A stretch of DNA of 64,000 bases, from the NCBI GenBank assembly GCA_963837055.1, contig CAWILU010000003.1, positions 199,524 to 263,523 of the forward strand, in the 5' to 3' direction. The stretch comes from an uncultured Acidobacteriota bacterium. GTDB lineage: Bacteria; Actinomycetota; Acidimicrobiia; Spongiisociales; ZC4RG35. The translations under genes were made by a program, and so were the position numbers. Below are positions 1-11,297 of the stretch, in pieces; within the stretch, counting starts at the first letter, position 1, and every line of letters begins with the position of its first letter. The notes under the pieces are model-generated. The model was not told the DNA's origin and did not search any database. It saw only the letters and a program-made list of their open reading frames with translations.

Positions 1-1608
<1,608 letters not shown>

Positions 1609-1616
<8 letters not shown>

Positions 1617-2563
1617 CCAAATCACCCTGCAAGACCAAAACGTCCTCGTCACCGGCGGCCACGGTTTCATCGGTCGCCACGTGGTGAGCGCCCTCTCACA
1701 CGCCGGCGCCAACCCGCTGGCGATCTCACAGCACGAGGGTTCTGCCCTGCCCGACTTGCCCGGGAAGTCGGTAACTGTCGATCTCGAGGAGCGTCGTGGG
1801 CTCGATCAGGTCATGAAGGGAGTCGATGCCGTCATCCATCTGGCGGCCAGGGCCGGGGGCATCCAGTTCCAGCAGAAAGGTGGAGGGGATGTCTTCGCCA
1901 CGAATCGCCGTGTCACTGACAACCTGTTGGCGGCATCCGCCGAGGCCGATGTGCAGCGCGTCTTCCTCGCCTCCTCCCTGGTGACCTATCGTGCCGCCGA
2001 CGGAACCCCTCACCGAATCTCACGCTCAACTCGGGCCTGCTGACCGGCCCGACCCTTACGCCTGGTCCAAGATCAGCGACGAGGTCGTCGCCTCATGGCA
2101 ACAAGAGTTGGATACGGTCGTGGGCAGGTTCGGCAACGTATACGGGCCGGGTGCGCCGTTCGAGCCGGACAGGTCAACAGTGGTCCATGCCCTGATCGAT
2201 CGCGCCGCCCGGCTCAGCGACAACGAGGATCTCGTCGTTTGGGGAGATGGCGCCACAGTCAGGAGCTTCGTCTTCGTTGAAGACGCCGCCCAGGCCGTGC
2301 TTATCGCCCTGACCAAGGGGGAGTCCGGGGAGGCCTACAACGTGGACAGCGGTGTCGAGCTGAGCATCGGCCAGCTCGCCGACACCGTGCGTCGTCACGT
2401 CAACCCGGCCTTGAACATCGTCTATGACCAGTCAAAGCCGGCGGGAGCGCCCTACCGGGTCGCCTCGATCGCCAAGCTGGAGGCCATTGGCTTCTCCCCT
2501 CGGGTGGACCTAGATGAGGGGATAGATCGAACCGTGGAGTGGTACCGAGCGGCTATCCGCTGA
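1609..2563 (+). pseudogene. NAD-dependent sugar epimerase/reductase (GDP-4-keto-6-deoxymannose reductase / GDP-fucose-synthase-like SDR) with one +1 frameshift
   Basis: The N-terminal part has the VLVTGGHGFIGRH Rossmann motif (ORF 1609-2043). The C-terminal part has PYAWSK (the YxxxK catalytic motif) and continues in ORF 1991-2563. The shift is near 2008, in a cccc run. The GTG start overlaps the gmd stop (GTGGCTGA). Confidence 0.75.
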
Positions 2564-2570
2564 CGGCAAG

Positions 2571-4400
2571 TCATCGTCCCTTGCCGAGAGAGCGGATGCG
2601 ACGGATAGGTGCAGTGAGGCGCCAACTCTTGCTCCCTTTCATCATCTCGATCGTGGCGTAGGCCTGTTCGGTTTCTTGCCGGAGTCGAGATACCGCGGCC
2701 TCTTGCTCTCGCTGTTTGGAGAGAAGCGAATCGCGTTCGACCCGAAACGACTCCTGTGCAGCCACCAACTCATTGCGCTCCAGGGCCAACGCCTCGAGAT
2801 CTCTCACCGTGGCATCTCGTTCTTGGAGGGATGTTTCGAGCTCCGATGACAAGGCTTCTCGCTGTGCCAACTCACCATCTCGTTCGACGGCAAGTCGTTG
2901 ATTCTCTCGAACGACCGCATCTCGCTGGATCTCGACTGCAGCCAGCCACTCCCAAGCCAGGGGTATCTCAGGCCAGAACGCAACACCCTCCGATGTCACT
3001 TCCTGCCAGCGATCCAATAGATCCCGGATGACCCGGTCGTTTCTGGAGTGCAGCAGCAAGAAAGACACGATGGCAGTGACGTCATTAGGAAGCTCAGCTG
3101 AGTTGATTCGAGACGCCCGTGGGAGCCTAAGTCCGGGTTGGTCGTCCATAGGTCCCCAGAGGCCCACTATGAACGTCAGGATCGAGAAGTAGCCGTCGCC
3201 CGGCCAGGAGACGTCTCCAGGCGCGTCGGAGACGGCACCGTAATCGATCAAGTGAGCGCGACGCTCATCGGCATCCCAGAGCACATTCCACAACCGGAGG
3301 TCTTCGTGATACAGGCCGTGCTCCTCGAGGATGGCAAGAGCCGATATGACCTGGGTCATCACCTCAGTACGCTCTGAATGATCCAGGGTGCCGACAATCT
3401 CATCCAACCGCTCCCCCGGAAGAAGCGACTGCATGACGACAGATTCGTCGGGGCCATCCGTGAATTCCAACAAGTCAGGGGCCTCGACGTCGGTGCCTGC
3501 GAGTGCCTCCAGGACATGCGCGCATCGGCGTGATTCGATTCGTCGCTCCATCAAGACTTTGGCTTGGACCGACTCGGAGAATCGGCCGGTGATGATCACA
3601 AGACCGTCAGGCAGAACGAAATAGCGGACGCGCCCCACGAGTAGCCCGGGCGCGGCCGAATGCGGTTCCTCAAACCAAGACTGAATCGGCGCCAAGCGTC
3701 CATTCACCAAAGCGAGCAAACGGCTGCAGAAGAGAACGGGGCGTCGAACTTCTCCAAGATGGGTGGACGTGCGGCCCAATTCCCGAATGAACGGATACGG
3801 CGAAAGGGTGATCCTCGGATCGAGGGGAAGCGCCTCTGCCCAATACATAGCCTCGCTCGAGAGTGCCATTTCGAAGACGGCGTGTGGGATCGGTTCCATG
3901 AGTTGCCTGACGAGCTCAACGGCACGACCATGCCCATCGCGATATGCAATGTGGTGCAACACTGCCAATCCGATGACTAGGTCGAACGTCTCGAGTTCGA
4001 CCAGAGAAGCGGTGTCGATCAAATCGCCTTCGATGAAAGCCACATCAAGATCAGGGTGTTCGGCGGCCAGTGCTTTGCTGACTGCGATGTTGATCGGCAG
4101 ATAGTCGATCCCGGTGACATGGTGGTAACCCTCCGCGAGCCGCAGTGCCACGTACCCCTGGGCCGAACCGAGATCCAAGATTCGAAGGGGACGTCCAAGG
4201 TCCGCGGAAAGAAGAGGTACCAGATCCAACAGGTAGTCGACCCGCGAGTCGTCGCTGAGCCGAGAACTCGCGAATGCGGGATAGCCATAGATCGGTTGAT
4301 ATGTCTCAGGCAGCTGAGAGACCAAAGCCTGTAGAGCTGGCTCCATATCCCGCGACTCCGCCTCCAACTCCGGTTCAAACCTCATGTCAATCGATCCCAA
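2571..4400 (-). CDS. WbdD-like tri-domain protein: class I SAM methyltransferase + protein-kinase-like domain + long C-terminal coiled coil (putative glycan chain terminator / length regulator)
   Basis: 609 aa. MTase motif I ILDLGSAQGYVALRLA...DLVIGLAVLHHI. Kinase-like catalytic loop HEDLRLWNVLWD followed by LIDYG. The last ~110 aa (RENQRLAVERDGELAQREALSSELETSLQERDATVRDLEALALERNELVAAQESFRVERDSLLSKQREQEAAVSRLRQETEQ) are heptad-rich. Confidence 0.7.
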   Translation of the reverse strand: MGSIDMRFEPELEAESRDMEPALQALVSQLPETYQPIYGYPAFASSRLSDDSRVDYLLDLVPLLSADLGRPLRILDLGSAQGYVALRLAEGYHHVTGIDYLPINIAVSKALAAEHPDLDVAFIEGDLIDTASLVELETFDLVIGLAVLHHIAYRDGHGRAVELVRQLMEPIPHAVFEMALSSEAMYWAEALPLDPRITLSPYPFIRELGRTSTHLGEVRRPVLFCSRLLALVNGRLAPIQSWFEEPHSAAPGLLVGRVRYFVLPDGLVIITGRFSESVQAKVLMERRIESRRCAHVLEALAGTDVEAPDLLEFTDGPDESVVMQSLLPGERLDEIVGTLDHSERTEVMTQVISALAILEEHGLYHEDLRLWNVLWDADERRAHLIDYGAVSDAPGDVSWPGDGYFSILTFIVGLWGPMDDQPGLRLPRASRINSAELPNDVTAIVSFLLLHSRNDRVIRDLLDRWQEVTSEGVAFWPEIPLAWEWLAAVEIQRDAVVRENQRLAVERDGELAQREALSSELETSLQERDATVRDLEALALERNELVAAQESFRVERDSLLSKQREQEAAVSRLRQETEQAYATIEMMKGSKSWRLTAPIRRIRSLGKGR

Positions 4401-4505
4401 TGCTGACCCTACATTTGCCTTGATACTCGGCGAAGCCAGCGGTCTGCACGGACGATAGACAACGCAAGAGGCGTGAGAGGGCAGCGGGGCAATTATCGAA
4501 CTCCA

Positions 4506-5537
4506 TCATGTGGACCCCGTGAACCGGTCCCAGATCTCTGCGGCCTGACGATCGTGGTTGTCCATCCAGGCCCGCGCCCGCTGCACCGCCTCATCTCTCA
4601 CGCTCAGCAAGCGGCGGGCGGCGTCGGCGATGGCCGAGGGATCGTCGGGCCGATCGGTGGTGGTGATCTCCCAGAGTCGAGGATCGTCGGCGAACACTCC
4701 CGACACCCGGGAGATCAGGCACGGCACCCCGGCCAGGTAAGACTCCTGGGGTGTTGAGGGATGACACTCCGAGAGGGTCACATAGAAGTTCAGGTCGACC
4801 GAGCCCTGGATCGCAACGAACTGCTCCCAGGGCAATTCCCCGTGCTCAACCACATCCAGCCCTTCGAGATAGGACACCTCAGGTCGTCTCATCACATGAG
4901 CCACCGCCCCATCGAGCAAACCGACAGCGAGCAGCTGGGTGACGACATTCTTCCTCCAGAACGGCTCGGCGAACACGCCGATGTGCAAACCCGCCCCGAG
5001 ATCGACCGGATCCAGGTGGGGCAAGACCGGGACCCGGTTGGGTACATATGTCACCGGATAGCCGGCGGCCGTGAACGCCGCGGGGACTCCCACCTTGGCC
5101 ATGCCCACCTCGGTGAGGATGCCGCTGCGGCCGAGGGAAAGGACTTCATCGGCTACGGCCGCCTCGCCCATCTCGGCCCCGTGCTGGGCGGGTGAGGAGT
5201 GAAGGACGCATTTCACCTCGATCCCCACTTCCGCCAGCCGGGTGGCGAGACCGGCGGCGCCGGGGGGCCAGCCCTGGATCACGACCGTCTCGATACCGGC
5301 TGAAGTCATGTGATCGATGAGATGGTCCGCCCATAGGGTGAGGTTGTCGCACTCCACCACCGGGGTGCGGAACGAGTAGGCGACGGTGCGCACCCCCCGC
5401 CAGTCCGGGTGGCAGATCTGGATGACCCGCTCGGTCGCAGCCAAGACGTCCCATGAGCCGAAGGAGAGTTGCGGATCCCGAGTTGCCGGCTGGTCAGGCC
5501 CACGGATCAGGCCGCGAGCCCGATCACGCAGGGGCAA
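4506..5537 (-). CDS. Putative GT-B fold glycosyltransferase-like protein
   Basis: 343-aa ORF with coding-type GC3. Its C-terminal TLSECHPSTPQESYLAGVPCLIS resembles the GT-B E-x7-E region. It overlaps the end of wecB by 14 nt, so it is in the same operon. Confidence 0.5.
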   Translation of the reverse strand: MPLRDRARGLIRGPDQPATRDPQLSFGSWDVLAATERVIQICHPDWRGVRTVAYSFRTPVVECDNLTLWADHLIDHMTSAGIETVVIQGWPPGAAGLATRLAEVGIEVKCVLHSSPAQHGAEMGEAAVADEVLSLGRSGILTEVGMAKVGVPAAFTAAGYPVTYVPNRVPVLPHLDPVDLGAGLHIGVFAEPFWRKNVVTQLLAVGLLDGAVAHVMRRPEVSYLEGLDVVEHGELPWEQFVAIQGSVDLNFYVTLSECHPSTPQESYLAGVPCLISRVSGVFADDPRLWEITTTDRPDDPSAIADAARRLLSVRDEAVQRARAWMDNHDRQAAEIWDRFTGST

Positions 5538-6643
5538 TGAGCTTTCCTATCTCTGCCACCGTGCGTGCCGAGGCGCTGCCATCGCCGTAGGGGGAAGGGA
5601 TGCCGGCCAGGCGCTGATGGAGCCCGGCGATATCGGCGGTCCAGGTTCCGGCCACCTCTGCTATGCCGGGCCCGGGCTCGACCAGCTCGGCGAACGTCCC
5701 GAGCACCTCAGGGCGCTCGGTGCTCCTCCGCACGACGATGACCGAGCGCTTGTAGACCGACACCTCCTCCTGCACCCCTCCCGAGTCAGAGACGAGGAAA
5801 GCGGATTCCGCTCCCAGCCCGAGGAACTCCTGGTAACCGATGGGTTCCACCACCTTTACCTGCCGCGAGCAGATCACCCATGTCGTGCTCGGCGGCCTGG
5901 ATCTTCGAGCGCGGGTGCAGCGGTAATAGAACCGGTAGTTCCATCGAAGCGAGCTGGCGGAGCAGTGCCCGGAAGCGTTCCGGGCGGTCGACGTTCTCGG
6001 GACGATGGAAGGTGGAAAGGACAAAGGAACCAGCCCTGAGCCCATACTCGTCCAACAGTTTGGCTCGTTGCGTTTGCGGCGGCATCAACTCGAGCACCGC
6101 CTCGACCACAGTGTTGCCGGTCACCCTGATCCGGGACTCGGGAATCCCCTCCTCGAGCAGGTTCTTCCGGGACACATCGGTAGGGGCGCAGAGCAGCTCT
6201 CCGATGTGATCGACCACGACACGGTTGTGCTCTTCGGGCATTCGGCGGTCGTAGCTGCGCAGACCGGCTTCGACGTGGACTAGCGGCGTCTCATGGGCGT
6301 TGGCGGCCAGGCCACCGGCCAGGGCGGTGTTGGTGTCGCCCTGGACCACCACCGCGTCCGGGCGCAGCTCAGCGAGCTGTTGGTCGAGGGCTTGAACCGC
6401 CAAACCGATCTGTTGGCCGCGGGTCTGACCCCCAACCCCTAGGTAGGCGTGAGGCTCGTCCAGCCCAAATGCGTCGATGAAGGTGCCGGAGAGCCCCCGG
6501 TCGTAGTGCTGCCCCGTGTGAAGGACGACAGCGGCGGGTCCGAGGAGCCGGATGACATGGGCCAGCTTGATGATCTCAGGCCTGGTACCGAGTACCACCG
6601 CCACCGAGCGCGGTCGTAGGTCGATTAATGGTGCGGCGGACAT
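5524..6643 (-). pseudogene. wecB: UDP-N-acetylglucosamine 2-epimerase (non-hydrolysing) with one +1 frameshift
   Basis: N-terminal 250 aa in ORF 5786-6643 (VLGTRPEIIKLAHV...HVEAGLRSYDRRMPEEHNR...TGNTVVEA). C-terminus in ORF 5524-6045 (VKVVEPIGYQEFLGLGAESAFLVSDSGGVQEE...). Frames switch near 5855. Confidence 0.8.
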
Positions 6644-6752
6644 GGTGGGAGTGGTCGGACCAGCGCCATGCTAAAGGCTGAACCGGACCACTCTTGGAAC
6701 ATGCCTATCGAGGAGGTCGATCCGGCCGAAAGGACCCGCCGAGTGGGCGTGG

Positions 6753-8126
6753 TCAGGCGGATTGCTTCTCCAGCGCCACCAGCGAAATTGCGACGCTCAG
6801 CTCTCGGTCATCCGCACTGAGTCCGACATCTACGGGCCGCCAAGTCCGATTGGCCTGCAGCACCACGTCTTGGGACCCAGTCTCGATGTCCATCGGGAAT
6901 ACCCATGAGAACCAGCCCTCGCCGGCGCGGGCGTGGCCCGAGACCTCGCTCCCGGCCACGGTGGCCCGAACCTCGATCACTCCGCCGACTTCGTCGGGAG
7001 GTGCTGCACCTTCGATTCGGAGCACACCACGTCCCCGGAACGTCGGCGAAAGCAACACTGTGGCCATGGGCTCCTTGCCCATCCATCTGATGTCACGATC
7101 GATAATGGTCTCGCGGGAGTGGAAACCCTGGCACTGCAGATCGTCGTTACGCCCGACCTCCATATAGGGCAGCACGGCCCGTGAGAGAGCATGGCGGCTC
7201 TGATACAACCAATCGGGGTATCTCCATCGGTCTGGTCCTTTTGCCGTAGCCACCACAAACACATACTCGCCACGGTTGTCTCGTTCTATAGCTGGGATCC
7301 CGGTCGGTACGGGCGGAGGAGCAGGGCTGATATCGGCAGTGAACATCTGCTCGATTTCGAAACCCAGGTCTTCCAGCAGAAGCCGAAGCTCGGCAGCGGT
7401 GTATTCGCGATTGTGTCGTCCGTGTACGCCGTAGCCGGATATCGGTTCGTACACGTTTTCCCCTTTGAGCATTTTTAGGAGATTCTCGGCGCGGGACGGG
7501 TTGGGTGTCGTCAGGACCAGTACACCGTTTGGCTTAGTGAGCACGCGATGGATTTCCGCCAAGGCATTGATCGGATCCACTGGCAAGTGCTCGAGAATCT
7601 CACAGAAGTAGACGAGGCCGAATGTCTCATTCTCGTAGGGGAAGCGATCTGTCTCGATATTGAAGTGGTCGTAGACATACTCTCGACTCTCTCCGGCCAG
7701 TGGGCTGGAGATCATCTGTATTCCGGTCGAACCAGTCTCGACACCTTCCCCGAACCAATTGGCACATGTGACATCAAAACTCCGACGTTGCAGCATCCTG
7801 GTGAAGAAATACGGGTTGGATCCGAGCTCGAGGACCCGATCCCCGTCGGAAAGGCTCGGCGTGATGGCGAGTGTGATCCGAAACCGTTCCAGTGCATGAG
7901 ACAGGTAGTTCGATGCCTCCTCCGTCGCAGTTCCGAAGACGTCTGTGTCGGCCAAGAAAGTCCGGAGCTCCTCCCGGTCAGCAATGTCGGCAGGAAAGTG
8001 GATCGTGTTCTCGGGCTGCGGGAGCGGCGGTGTGACGCGTCGATAGGCAGCCGACAGGCGCCGCTTCACGGGATCGGGAAGTGACCACAATGCCCGGCGC
8101 GCCGCTCGACCCAGCGCCGTGGTCAT
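6753..8126 (-). CDS. Class I SAM-dependent methyltransferase with a ~170-aa beta-rich C-terminal domain of unknown function
   Basis: 457 aa. Has VLELGSNPYFFTRML, FGLVYFCEILEHL and NGVLVLTTPN motifs. ATGA overlap with the upstream wzt (8123-8126). Confidence 0.75.
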   Translation of the reverse strand: MTTALGRAARRALWSLPDPVKRRLSAAYRRVTPPLPQPENTIHFPADIADREELRTFLADTDVFGTATEEASNYLSHALERFRITLAITPSLSDGDRVLELGSNPYFFTRMLQRRSFDVTCANWFGEGVETGSTGIQMISSPLAGESREYVYDHFNIETDRFPYENETFGLVYFCEILEHLPVDPINALAEIHRVLTKPNGVLVLTTPNPSRAENLLKMLKGENVYEPISGYGVHGRHNREYTAAELRLLLEDLGFEIEQMFTADISPAPPPVPTGIPAIERDNRGEYVFVVATAKGPDRWRYPDWLYQSRHALSRAVLPYMEVGRNDDLQCQGFHSRETIIDRDIRWMGKEPMATVLLSPTFRGRGVLRIEGAAPPDEVGGVIEVRATVAGSEVSGHARAGEGWFSWVFPMDIETGSQDVVLQANRTWRPVDVGLSADDRELSVAISLVALEKQSA

Positions 8127-8902
8127 GATGTTTCCGGATGGGCATATGCATCCACGACACTGGCGGGATCACCCACCATCACGGTTCGCCCGTGGTCGAG
8201 CCAGAGGACTCTGTCGGACATCGCTTTGACCGTCTCAAGATCGTGGGACACGAAAAGGACGGCAGCACCGGAATCGATGAGCGCCTTGATTCTTCCTTTC
8301 GATTTCTCCTGAAAGGCGGTGTCGCCCACCGACAGGACTTCGTCCACGACCAGCACGTCCGGCTCGATGTCGGTGGCGACCGCAAAGCCAAGACGAGCCA
8401 TCATTCCAGATGAGTAACTGCGAATGGGGACGTCGATGAAATCGGTGAGCTCGGCCCATTCCGAAATCGCGTCGACTCGATCCCTCATCTGTGATGGCGT
8501 CCGGCCGAGCAGTGTCCCGTACAGGACGATGTTCTCGTAGGCACTCATCTCCGGGTTGAAACCGGCGCCGAGCTCGATCATCGGCGCCACGACACCGCGA
8601 ACCACCATGCGCCCCTCAGTGGGTGGCAACACCCTGGCCACCATCTTCATGAGGGTGCTCTTGCCCGCCCCGTTAGGCCCGATGACACCGAGGACTTCGC
8701 CAGAGTGCAGCGAGAAGCTGACATCTCTGACCGCCCAGAACTCCTCTCGTTGCACCTTCCGCTTGAGGGTGCTGATAGCGAATTCCTTCATCGTTCCAGC
8801 CCGATCCCGGGTGAGCCGGTATGCGAGAGAGACCTCGGCCGCCTCCACCGCAGCGGTCACAGAACGACCACCAAGTTCTTCCAAGACCGCGTGAACACCC
8901 AC
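8123..8902 (-). CDS. wzt: Polysaccharide/teichoic-acid ABC exporter ATP-binding protein (Wzt/TagH type), short form without a C-terminal glycan-binding domain
   Basis: Walker A GPNGAGKST, signature YSSGMMARL, Walker B LVVDEVLSVGD. Only 259 aa. The start may be an internal GTG, since the ORF overlaps wzm by 46 nt. Confidence 0.85.
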   Translation of the reverse strand: MGVHAVLEELGGRSVTAAVEAAEVSLAYRLTRDRAGTMKEFAISTLKRKVQREEFWAVRDVSFSLHSGEVLGVIGPNGAGKSTLMKMVARVLPPTEGRMVVRGVVAPMIELGAGFNPEMSAYENIVLYGTLLGRTPSQMRDRVDAISEWAELTDFIDVPIRSYSSGMMARLGFAVATDIEPDVLVVDEVLSVGDTAFQEKSKGRIKALIDSGAAVLFVSHDLETVKAMSDRVLWLDHGRTVMVGDPASVVDAYAHPETS

Positions 8903-9687
8903 ACCCCGAGCAGTAGAACGATGATCGAACTGCCGATCATCATCACGAAGTTCCAGGTAGGAGCGAAGACGCCTTCATAGACGAATCCCCGGAAGACGAC
9001 GAGGTATGAGTAAAGGGGGTTGGCATAGATCAGGGGAAGGAATTGCTCGGGAACAATGGAGATCGGATAGAAGGTAGGAGTGAGATACCCGACCAGTTGA
9101 GTCATGACCGCGGTGAGGTCGAGGACGTCATAGAAGTAGACCGCAGCGGACGCAACCAGCAACCCGAGACCGGCGACGAGCAACAAGAGGAAGAACGCCG
9201 GGATCGGGGTGAGCAGCACAGTCCAGGGAATGCCGACACCCGTGACCAATTGGATGATGAGGAGGGGGACGAGGCTTATCAAGAAATTGACCAGGGCCGC
9301 TACCGCCGCCGCCACCGAGAACACCTCGGCCGGGACGTAGACCTTGGACAGGACAGACGCACTGTTGACGATCGACGAGCCGGTGGCGATCACCCCCTGG
9401 GCAAAGAAGGTGATCAGCAATATCCCGGAGAGCAGGTAGACGATGTATGGCACGTCTCCTGGCACGTCGAAACGAAAGAACTGGCTGAAGACGATCCACA
9501 AGACCGCCATCGTCAGAAGCGGGTTGAGCAGTGTCCACCACACTCCGAGAGTCGACCGCTTGTAACGCACCGTCAGATCACGAGTGACCAGCAGTTTCAA
9601 GAGACCTCGATATGCCCAGAGATTGGTGAACTCTGTCGCGATGGGGCGGCGAGGTTGATCTGAGTCGTAGACGTAGGTCGAGGTCAT
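8857..9687 (-). CDS. wzm: ABC-2 type polysaccharide exporter permease (Wzm/TagG type)
   Basis: 276 aa with about 6 hydrophobic segments. N-terminal LWAYRGLLKLLVTRDLTVRYKRSTLGVWWTLLNP is the ABC-2 permease signature. It lies directly upstream of wzt. Confidence 0.85.
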   Translation of the reverse strand: MTSTYVYDSDQPRRPIATEFTNLWAYRGLLKLLVTRDLTVRYKRSTLGVWWTLLNPLLTMAVLWIVFSQFFRFDVPGDVPYIVYLLSGILLITFFAQGVIATGSSIVNSASVLSKVYVPAEVFSVAAAVAALVNFLISLVPLLIIQLVTGVGIPWTVLLTPIPAFFLLLLVAGLGLLVASAAVYFYDVLDLTAVMTQLVGYLTPTFYPISIVPEQFLPLIYANPLYSYLVVFRGFVYEGVFAPTWNFVMMIGSSIIVLLLGVWVFTRSWKNLVVVL

Positions 9688-9866
9688 GTCGGCACCGGGG
9701 AGAACTGGAGACTCCTGTGAACCACCCCGGCAGTGCAGAGTACTAGCGGAGAAATCGCTTCAAATGACTCCCTACGCGACTCTCCAAGACCAATGGTCTG
9801 GCCGGCGGAGACTTGGAAAATCCGAAGGAACGAAGAGGCGGTTCCAGGTGAGGGGTTCGCCGAGAT

Positions 9867-10052
9867 CTATTCCACTGTTGTGGGGGTCTCAGTGTCCGGT
9901 GATGGCTCGCCTTCAACCTTCTTGGGAGACTTACCTGTCACCTTCTGCCAGTAGTAACGCCCGGCAACGCCGATGGCGGCGACGCCGCCCACGATGATCT
10001 GGAGCACCATGCTCCCGGTTCCGGGGTCGAGGTAGGCAAGGACGAGTTTCAT
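9867..10052 (-). CDS. Small membrane protein (61 aa) with an N-terminal LDPGTGSM motif
   Basis: MKLVLAYLDPGTGSMVLQIIVGGVAAIGVAGRYYW: one TM helix and a charged tail. GAAGGGA Shine-Dalgarno-like sequence 7 nt upstream. Confidence 0.5.
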   Translation of the reverse strand: MKLVLAYLDPGTGSMVLQIIVGGVAAIGVAGRYYWQKVTGKSPKKVEGEPSPDTETPTTVE

Positions 10053-10092
10053 GAGTGAGTTTCCCTTCGTTCATCGGGAGGATACCCCTGGG

Positions 10093-10112
10093 ACCGGGAT
10101 TTGTAACCGGGA
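10093..10112. promoter_or_regulatory. Direct repeat ACCGGGA-N6-ACCGGGA in a divergent intergenic region
   Basis: Read directly: gggACCGGGAtttgtaACCGGGAgtgg, between the small membrane gene (-) and the GT2 gene (+). Confidence 0.2.
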
Positions 10113-10145
10113 GTGGTTCCTCCACCGCTCCTACCCTGATCTCCG

Positions 10146-11297
10146 ATGCTCAGGTTCATCGTCCAACTGGCCCAGACCGCCCTGATCGCCCTGGCCGGCT
10201 ACAACGCGGTGACCGCGCTGTGGGGCTGGCGGAATCGGGTCCCCTCGCCGGTCTCCGCTCGGAGGCGGGCGCTTCGGGTGGTGGTGCCGGCCCATGACGA
10301 GGAAGCGGTGATCGCCAAGGTGGTCTCCGATCTTTCCGATTCGGACTACTCCTCCAAGCAGATCTGGGTGATAGCCGACCACTGTTCGGACTCGACTGCC
10401 GAGATTGCTGGTGGTCGAGGTGCCAATGTGGCCGTCCGGTCCGAGGGACCGCCGGGTAAGGGGGCGGCTCTCGCTTGGTACCTGGGCCAGCACCCTCTGG
10501 CCGCGGACGAAGCCCTGGTCGTCTTCGATTCCGACAATCGAGTCCCTGCCACGGCATTGGGCCGGATCGCCGATGAGATCGAGGCCGGTCACGAGGTGGT
10601 GCAGTGCTATCTCGACGTGGCCAACCCGGACGGCTCCCTGATGTCGGAGGCGTCCGCCCTGTCCTATTGGGCAGGGAACCGAATGGTGCAGCTGGCCCGA
10701 TCCAACCTGGGCTGGTCGGCCGATCTGGGTGGGACCGGGATGGCGCTCACCGGAGCCGCACTGGAGAGGGTCGGGGGTTTCGGCGACTCGCTCACCGAGG
10801 ATCAGGAGCTGGGAGCGAGGCTGGTCCTGGCCGGGATGCGGGTGGAATGGCTCCACGACGTGAGGATCGAGGACGAGAAGCCGGATTCGGTGGCGGTCGC
10901 GGTCCGGCAACGGGCCAGGTGGATGGCCGGCAAACGCGAGGCTTCACGAAAGCACCTCGCCGCTCTGGTGAGCCAGGGCTCCCCCGCCTCGCTAGACCAG
11001 GCTCTTCGCCTGGTTCAGCCCGGGCGCTCTTTCGTCGCTCTGGTTTCGGCGGTCATGACCGTCCTCGCCGGCGTCACAGGTTCCAAATGGTTCCTTCCCT
11101 GGCAGGTGTGGGGCCTGGCCACCGCGGTGCAGGTCCTGGAGCCCATCCCCTTTCTCGCCCGGGAAGGTGTCGAACCAAAGCGCATCGTCCGCTACCCGGT
11201 ACTGGTGATCCTGGCCGGGCTTTGGCTGCCGATACGTTTTCTCTCGGGGCGGGTGCGGAGCTGGTATCACACCCCGCACACCGGGCCTAGCTCCTGA
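10146..11297 (+). CDS. Membrane-embedded family-2 glycosyltransferase, synthase-like (D, DxD, Q-x-x-R-W motifs)
   Basis: 383 aa. N-terminal TM, VVVPAHDEE, VVFDSDN, TEDQELG, RQRARW, then C-terminal TM helices. This architecture matches processive beta-glycan synthases. Confidence 0.8.
   Translation: MLRFIVQLAQTALIALAGYNAVTALWGWRNRVPSPVSARRRALRVVVPAHDEEAVIAKVVSDLSDSDYSSKQIWVIADHCSDSTAEIAGGRGANVAVRSEGPPGKGAALAWYLGQHPLAADEALVVFDSDNRVPATALGRIADEIEAGHEVVQCYLDVANPDGSLMSEASALSYWAGNRMVQLARSNLGWSADLGGTGMALTGAALERVGGFGDSLTEDQELGARLVLAGMRVEWLHDVRIEDEKPDSVAVAVRQRARWMAGKREASRKHLAALVSQGSPASLDQALRLVQPGRSFVALVSAVMTVLAGVTGSKWFLPWQVWGLATAVQVLEPIPFLAREGVEPKRIVRYPVLVILAGLWLPIRFLSGRVRSWYHTPHTGPSS

Noticed and set aside
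6660-6700. GTGGTC...GACCAC hairpin between the methyltransferase stop and the wecB start
   Set aside because: It has a 6-bp stem with a ~17-nt loop and no U-run, and the genes appear co-oriented in one operon. There is not enough evidence for a terminator or attenuator.
9787-9799. AGACC-AAT-GGTCT inverted repeat upstream of wzm
   Set aside because: It is only a 5-bp stem with a 3-nt loop and no T-tract. It is too weak to call a terminator or operator without conservation data.
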